DNA from: Nitratidesulfovibrio vulgaris str. Hildenborough
Lineage (GTDB): Bacteria > Desulfobacterota > Desulfovibrionia > Desulfovibrionales > Desulfovibrionaceae
NCBI RefSeq assembly: GCF_000195755.1
Contig: NC_002937.3
Span: forward strand, 870,001 to 902,000
DNA: 32,000 nucleotides
Reading direction: 5' to 3'
Part shown: positions 25,245-32,000 of the stretch, piece after piece
Numbering within the stretch: position 1 is the first letter of the stretch
Layout: every line of letters begins with the position of its first letter
Program-made: the position numbers and the translations under genes
The notes under the pieces: generated by a model
Database searches by the model: none
Seen by the model: the letters and a program-made list of their open reading frames with translations, nothing else
What the model was told of the DNA's origin: nothing

Positions 25245-27269
25245 CTACTGTCTGGGGGCTGCTGCCGCCCGTGCGCGCTGGTCGTGGCGTTCGCGGACGC
25301 GTTCGTAGCGTTCCTTGAACGTGCCGGGGGCGACGGGTTCGAAGCCGGTTTCGGTCGGCGTGAAAAGAAAGAGGTCCTGCGAGGCCCTGCCGTCGGTGGA
25401 CCAGTGCATGGGGGCGATGCTCCACGACATGGCCTGCCCCCGTGTCAGTGCCGCATTGACGGAGGCGGGGGTCCAGCCGTCCTGAACGCCGAGGCGCGAG
25501 GCAAGGCGGACGAAGTCGTAGCCGAGGCCGACCCATGCGTCAGGTTCTTCAAGGCCAGCCTGCCGCAAGGCATCGGCCAGCGCCATTCCGGCGGAGGTTG
25601 GGGTGGTGGGGTTCCATGCGCCGGGGAAGACGGCAAGGCCGAAGTTGTGCACATCGACCTTCTTTTGCCCTGCGAGTCCCTGTTCCCACAGGGCGGTTCC
25701 CAGCAGCACCTGCCGGTCTTCGCCATGGTAGAAGAGGTTGGGGACAAGGGCCTCCATGTGCTTCCACCCATCAGGCAGGAAGACGGCACGGAAGGTGGCA
25801 CTGGGTACGGGATAGTCGTTGACCTTGCGTGCGCCCACGAATGAGGCCGCCACGGCGTTCCACTCCTCTGGGCGCGACGGTGGGTACGAGGTGGAACGCT
25901 GCACGCTGCCGCCGTGCTGGGCCACCTTGTCGGCAAAGAGTTGGGCCATGCGTCGCCCGTATGCCTCGTCAGGGTAGAGTGCGGCATAGGAGGTGATGCC
26001 AAGGTCATCTCCGGTGAAGCGCAACAGCGCAGTCACCTGGTCTTCGGGGCTTGTGAAGAAGCGCCATGCGATGCGGCCTTCCTCCCCTTCGTCGAGTTGC
26101 GGTACGAAGGCGAAGAACGCGCGCTTCTGGGTGATGCCACGGTCGCGTACCTGCGTGAAGGACGTGGTGCGCAACGGGCCTCCGACCACGGCGCAGGTGG
26201 CAGGCAGGGCTTCAAGCTGTGAAAGCCAGTCGGCCGATTCGGTGTTGAGGACGCGCACCTCCGTGTCCTGCCCGCTGCGGGCGAGTTCCCACTGGGCGGA
26301 GGATGCGCCGCGCGCCACCTTCCAGCCGATGGCCCCGAAGGGGCCCGACATGGGCAGGGCGAGGGCGACGCAACGCGCGGGTGCCGTGTCGCCGCCCGAG
26401 GAGAGAAGCGAACCGAGCAACTGCGGGTCTTCGAACTTCGCACTGCGTTGCAGGCGGGCGAGCACATCGGCTGCGCTGCCGCCCCCTCCGGGTGCGGCGA
26501 CGAGGCGGCGTGCCTGTTCCAGCAATATGACATTGTAAGGGTAGTTCCCTTCGTTCTCCGGGGTGACCGCGGCACGCAGCTTCTGCATGGTGGCAGGGTC
26601 GGTGCGGGCCATCTCGTCGTAAAGCCGGTTCTCCAGTGCTGCGCGCCATGTGGGGGTGGCCTGTGCGTACAGGTCGGAGAGGGTCTTGAGCGACGCCGCC
26701 GGGGCATCGTGTTCCCACTGGCGGGTGGCAAGCAGCAGACCCGCCTGCGCACGAAGCGCCCACGGGCGAGAGGTGTCACCGTAGACGGCGCCTGCGCGGC
26801 GTATGGCGTCTTCGCGCGGGAGTTGCCCTATGGCGGCGTACCACGTGTCCTGCCACTCGGCCGTGCCGTCGGCACCGGGCTGCAAGGCACGCCAGCGTTG
26901 CAGGCTGTCGAGGGCCACATGGGGGTGGCGATTGGCTGCGGCTGCGGCGGCATGGTAACGCCACGCTTCGCGCTGCTGCTCTTCCGGCAGTCCCGGCGTG
27001 TTGGCAAGCAACCCGTAGGCGCGTTCCGCTGCGGGCATGTCGCCCTTCTTCCATGCCTCGGCTGCCTGCTGCTGCAAGGGCACACCCGGCGAGACGGGGG
27101 TCGCCGGGGTGGCAGGCACAGGGCGCGTCTGCGAGGTGGGAGGAAAGACGATGGACTTGCGCTGCCCGCACGCCGTCAGGGAAAGGGCGAGTGCGAGCAT
27201 CAGGACTACCGCAGGGCGACGACCCGCCGGGCGGGTTGCCGTGGACATGGCGTGTGGCATGGTATTCAT
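25245..27269 (-). CDS. Large lipoprotein with a helical-repeat N-domain and a type-I periplasmic-binding-fold C-domain (LppC/LpoA-like), about 674 aa
   Basis: The lipoprotein signal peptide is ...[18 protein letters not shown], with lipobox L-T-A-C. A Pro/Thr linker and an Ala/Trp/Arg-rich helical region follow. The C-terminal half resembles LivK/PBP1-type binding proteins. The start is ambiguous among ATG 27269, 27260 and 27248, and the GTG at 27305 in the track is unlikely. Confidence 0.82.
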   Translation of the reverse strand: MNTMPHAMSTATRPAGRRPAVVLMLALALSLTACGQRKSIVFPPTSQTRPVPATPATPVSPGVPLQQQAAEAWKKGDMPAAERAYGLLANTPGLPEEQQREAWRYHAAAAAANRHPHVALDSLQRWRALQPGADGTAEWQDTWYAAIGQLPREDAIRRAGAVYGDTSRPWALRAQAGLLLATRQWEHDAPAASLKTLSDLYAQATPTWRAALENRLYDEMARTDPATMQKLRAAVTPENEGNYPYNVILLEQARRLVAAPGGGGSAADVLARLQRSAKFEDPQLLGSLLSSGGDTAPARCVALALPMSGPFGAIGWKVARGASSAQWELARSGQDTEVRVLNTESADWLSQLEALPATCAVVGGPLRTTSFTQVRDRGITQKRAFFAFVPQLDEGEEGRIAWRFFTSPEDQVTALLRFTGDDLGITSYAALYPDEAYGRRMAQLFADKVAQHGGSVQRSTSYPPSRPEEWNAVAASFVGARKVNDYPVPSATFRAVFLPDGWKHMEALVPNLFYHGEDRQVLLGTALWEQGLAGQKKVDVHNFGLAVFPGAWNPTTPTSAGMALADALRQAGLEEPDAWVGLGYDFVRLASRLGVQDGWTPASVNAALTRGQAMSWSIAPMHWSTDGRASQDLFLFTPTETGFEPVAPGTFKERYERVRERHDQRARAAAAPRQ

Positions 27270-27283
27270 GGGGCACCGTTGCA

Positions 27284-27321
27284 GGAAAAAGGCCTGACTC
27301 GCCACAAGGGCGAATCAGGCC
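27284..27321 (-). terminator. Intrinsic terminator after dnaK
   Basis: The minus strand reads GGCCTGATTCGCC-cttgt-GGCGAGTCAGGCC (13-bp stem with one mismatch) followed by TTTTTCC. It ends only about 15 nt before the first candidate start of the lipoprotein gene. Confidence 0.65.
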
Positions 27322-27364
27322 AAGGTACTCGTTGTGTCTTGCTATTGCAAGAGTATGAGTCGGT

Positions 27365-29275
<1,911 letters not shown>

Positions 29276-29493
29276 GCGAAAGTCCTCCTCATGAATGGAT
29301 GGCTGCATGTCGCGCATCCACGTTGTGTGCTGGGCAGAATGGTAAGTCCGTTGTGGCGGTCGTCCAGTGGGGGAATGCGTTTTTTTTCGTCGAACACCCT
29401 GCCTGAACACGCGAAACGCCGGAAGGACGCGGTCTGCATCCCTCCGGCGCAGGAAAGGCCGAAGTCTGGAAAGGCTAAAAAAGAGAGGGAGTT

Positions 29494-30069
29494 CTAACCC
29501 GGAGTACGGCTGACGGTGACCTTGGCGGGACGCAGCAGGCGTTCCTTGAGGCGGTAGCCCTTCATCATGACGGTCGCCACGTGGTCGGCGGGCATGTCAC
29601 CACGGTCTTCGTGGCTCATGGCCTCGTGCAGTTCGGGGGTGAACGGTTCACCAGCTTCGCCCACGGCTTCCAGACCATGCCTGCCGAGGGCCTCAAGCAG
29701 AAGCTTGCGGGTCATCTCGACACCCACCAGCATGTTGCGGCATTCGGCGGAACCCTGACCGTACTGGAGTGCTAGGTCGAGGTTGTCGAGCGTGGGCAGC
29801 AGGTCTGCAAGCACGGTCTCTGCGGCGTAGCGCACCTGCTCGTCCTTTTCGCGCTGAAGCCGCTTCTTGGTGTTCTCAAGGTCTGCCAGCGCCCTCAGTC
29901 GCTGTTCGTCGGCCTGCGCCTTCTCGGGGCAGACCGGGCATATGTGTTCGCGACAGAGGGGGAGCAGGTCGCCGGGTATGTTTTCGCCCGCGCTGGTCGC
30001 CGTCCCGCTGGTGGTGGCGGCGGCTTCGAAGGCCGCAGCATCGTCAGGCGTCGTCGTATCTCTGGACAT
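29494..30069 (-). CDS. grpE: Nucleotide exchange factor GrpE, 191 aa
   Basis: I used the internal start [10 protein letters not shown] with an AAGGAGAA SD. The GrpE core is present ([20 protein letters not shown]...[12 protein letters not shown]...[16 protein letters not shown]). Confidence 0.93.
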   Translation of the reverse strand: MSRDTTTPDDAAAFEAAATTSGTATSAGENIPGDLLPLCREHICPVCPEKAQADEQRLRALADLENTKKRLQREKDEQVRYAAETVLADLLPTLDNLDLALQYGQGSAECRNMLVGVEMTRKLLLEALGRHGLEAVGEAGEPFTPELHEAMSHEDRGDMPADHVATVMMKGYRLKERLLRPAKVTVSRTPG

Positions 30070-30334
30070 GTCGCGTCGTTCTCCTTGGCTATGATGCTTG
30101 CGCCTCCGCCGTGCGGTTTCGCAGGGCCGGAGGCGAATGAAGCCGGTGTGCACCGCTACGAGGCGGGTACCGTCTTGAAATCTTGTCGTGCGCGCCTTCC
30201 GCGATGCTCCGGGGCCGATGCGGAAGAACGCCTGCCGTCGTTCACGCCTTCAACGCGCTGCCGGGCAACCATGCTTCTGGCAGGACGGGCGGTTTGCCGT
30301 GTCTTTCTGCACGGTCGAGCAAGCCTGCCCGTGC

Positions 30335-31402
30335 CTACCCAGTCGCGAACCGTTCGCGCAGCAGTTGCGTCAGCACTCGCGAGACGGCCCCCACAAGGGG
30401 CAGTACCTTCCGGTAGTCCATGCGTACCGGGCCGATGACGCCGATGACCCCGAGCGGCGAGGCGCCGCCGTAAGGGGCGCTCACCATGCTGCAGCCGCGA
30501 AGTCCGTCCGGTGCCCTTCGCTGTGCCCCACCGCTGACATCGTCGGGGTAGAAGGTCACATGCACGTCGTCTTCGAGGATGGTCCTGTCCAGCAGTTCCA
30601 GCAGGCGGCTGCGTTCTTCGAGGGCGTCCATGAGTTCGCGCATCCTGCCCAGTTCGGCGAATTCCGCCTGGTCGAGGATGTTGCGCGTGCCGTTGACGTA
30701 GAGTTCACGGTCGTCGTCGATGGAGTCGAGGGCGAGACTGCCCAGCGCAAGTGCCTGTGCGCACATGGCCTCGAGCTGTGCCCCGCCGCCGGAAAGTTCG
30801 TGGTGGATGCTGTTGCGTATGCCCGAAAGGGTGTGCCCCCGGTAGTGGGCGTTGATGTAGTTGCCGAAGCGGACAAGTTCGTCGGACCCGAAGTGCGTGT
30901 CATCGCGTACAAGGCGCGTCCGCACCATGCCCCCTTCGAGGACGAGGACGGCGAGGACGAGCCCCTCCCCTGCGGGGACGAAGTCGAGGCTGCGCAGGCG
31001 TGCCTCTGCCGGGCCGGGAGCCAATACCATGGACACCTGACGTGCATGCTCCGACACGAGGTTGCTGGCACGCCGTAACAGTGCCCCTACCTCGGGTTCG
31101 TGCCCGTGAAGAGCCTCGACCATGTGCAGGGGGGCTTCGTCGCGTCGGGCGGACTGGCGCAGCAGGGCATCGACATACAGCCTGAACGCCTTGGGGGTGG
31201 GAATGCGCCCTGCGGAGGTGTGCGGCTGTTCGAGGAAGCCCATGTCGGTGAGGTCGGACATGGTGTTGCGCATACTCGCCGGAGACAGTGCAAGGCCCGA
31301 ACGCCGCGACACCGTGCGTGAGCCTACGGGCGCAGCACTGGTGATGTAGCTTTCGATGATGGTGGTCAGGACGTGTGTCTCGCGTGAACCGAGGGCGCTC
31401 AT
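30335..31402 (-). CDS. hrcA: Heat-inducible transcription repressor HrcA, 355 aa
   Basis: I used the internal start MSALGSRETHVLTTIIESYITSAAPVGSRTV with a GGAGAA SD. The protein has an HrcA winged-helix N-domain and a C-terminal domain. Confidence 0.92.
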   Translation of the reverse strand: MSALGSRETHVLTTIIESYITSAAPVGSRTVSRRSGLALSPASMRNTMSDLTDMGFLEQPHTSAGRIPTPKAFRLYVDALLRQSARRDEAPLHMVEALHGHEPEVGALLRRASNLVSEHARQVSMVLAPGPAEARLRSLDFVPAGEGLVLAVLVLEGGMVRTRLVRDDTHFGSDELVRFGNYINAHYRGHTLSGIRNSIHHELSGGGAQLEAMCAQALALGSLALDSIDDDRELYVNGTRNILDQAEFAELGRMRELMDALEERSRLLELLDRTILEDDVHVTFYPDDVSGGAQRRAPDGLRGCSMVSAPYGGASPLGVIGVIGPVRMDYRKVLPLVGAVSRVLTQLLRERFATG

Positions 31403-31534
31403 GGCCGTTCTCCGTGCAGATGGCAGATTCCCCGAAGTGTCATGACGGGTAACAACGGGGTCGGGTGCTGTCAAGTGACCCGAGTGCAACACGCTGGACA
31501 TGCAGCACTTTTACGTCGCGTCCGGCGAATGGCG

Positions 31535-32000
31535 TCAACGCTGTACAAGGTCGGCGAGGGTCGAGAGCACATCCTCGGCGTGTCCTTCGAGTTTGACGGG
31601 CGACCAGACATGGCGCACCACCCCCTCGGGGTCGACGAGCAGCGTGGTGCGCACGATACCGAGCGATTCCTTGCCGTAGAGTCTCTTCATCTGAAGCACT
31701 CCATAGTGTTCGGCAACGCTCCGGTCTCGGTCGCTGAGCAGCGTGACGCCAAGGGAATGCTTCGCCGCGAAGTTGCACAGGGTCTTGGGGGTGTCGGGAC
31801 TGATGCCCACCACTGTGGCACCCAATGCCGTGAAGTCTGGGAGGACGGACGTGAACTCGACCCCCTCGCGCGTGCAGCCGGGGGTGTTGGCGCGAGGGTA
31901 GAAGTAGAGCACCAGCCACGTGCCAAGCCACGAGGCAAGCGTCCGTTGCGTCCCTTGCGCGTCGTCAAGCGAGAAGGGAGGGGCCGGTCTGTCCGTCAGG
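31535..32000 (-). CDS. bcp: Thiol peroxidase / peroxiredoxin Bcp (C-terminal about 155 codons; start lies beyond the right edge)
   Basis: Reading upstream of the GTG in the track keeps the frame open to the window edge. That gives ...LTDRPAPPFSLDDAQGTQRTLASWLGTWLVLYFYPRANTPGCTREG, with the peroxidatic Cys inside the TPGCT motif. Confidence 0.88.
   Translation of the reverse strand, partial: LTDRPAPPFSLDDAQGTQRTLASWLGTWLVLYFYPRANTPGCTREGVEFTSVLPDFTALGATVVGISPDTPKTLCNFAAKHSLGVTLLSDRDRSVAEHYGVLQMKRLYGKESLGIVRTTLLVDPEGVVRHVWSPVKLEGHAEDVLSTLADLVQR

Noticed and set aside
29330-29400. A sigma-32-like promoter upstream of dnaK on the minus strand: GACGAAA, then A-rich spacer, then CCCCCACT.
   Set aside because: The -35 matches only the GAAA part of CTTGAAA. 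The spacer is 11 to 12 nt, shorter than the usual 13 to 15 nt. This is not sufficient to call a promoter.

Overview
The window is GC-rich with a strong G/C third-codon-position bias, and almost every real gene lies on the minus strand. It reads as conserved chromosomal core of a Desulfovibrio-type sulfate reducer. From memory, the gene order resembles the Desulfovibrio (Nitratidesulfovibrio) vulgaris Hildenborough chromosome, but I cannot verify that here.

Gene content from left to right:
- The 5' end of an ATP synthase F0 b-subunit gene.
- A complete cell-elongation operon (mreB, mreC, mreD, mrdA, rodA) with a bactofilin gene appended.
- A divergent plus-strand operon: TIGR01212-type radical SAM, ogt, and a small hypothetical ORF.
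- tRNA-Ser(GGA).
- hisD, purC, fabI, and a candidate 31-codon membrane sORF.
- Two tandem paralogous outer-membrane porin genes.
- uvrC.
- A signalling cassette: soluble histidine kinase, sigma-54 (NtrC-type) response regulator, phage-186-CII-like HTH protein, and a CheY-like receiver.
- An operon of a large lipoprotein, gatC, gatA and mnmA.
- The heat-shock locus hrcA, grpE and dnaK.
- The 3' part of a Bcp peroxiredoxin gene.

I found no transposase, integrase, CRISPR array, restriction, toxin-antitoxin or recognisable defence genes. I cannot support a claim of a new multi-gene system in this window.

The items most worth a second look are:
- An orphan, structured non-coding tract of about 420 nt with its own intrinsic terminator (535..984).
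- The two-tier signalling cassette, with a possible sigma-54 promoter and upstream palindrome (18532..22125).
- The bactofilin gene coupled to the elongasome operon.
- The diverged tandem porins.
- An unlisted 31-codon membrane sORF after fabI.

Many long ORFs in the supplied track are antisense or N-terminally over-extended artefacts of the GC bias, and I rejected them.
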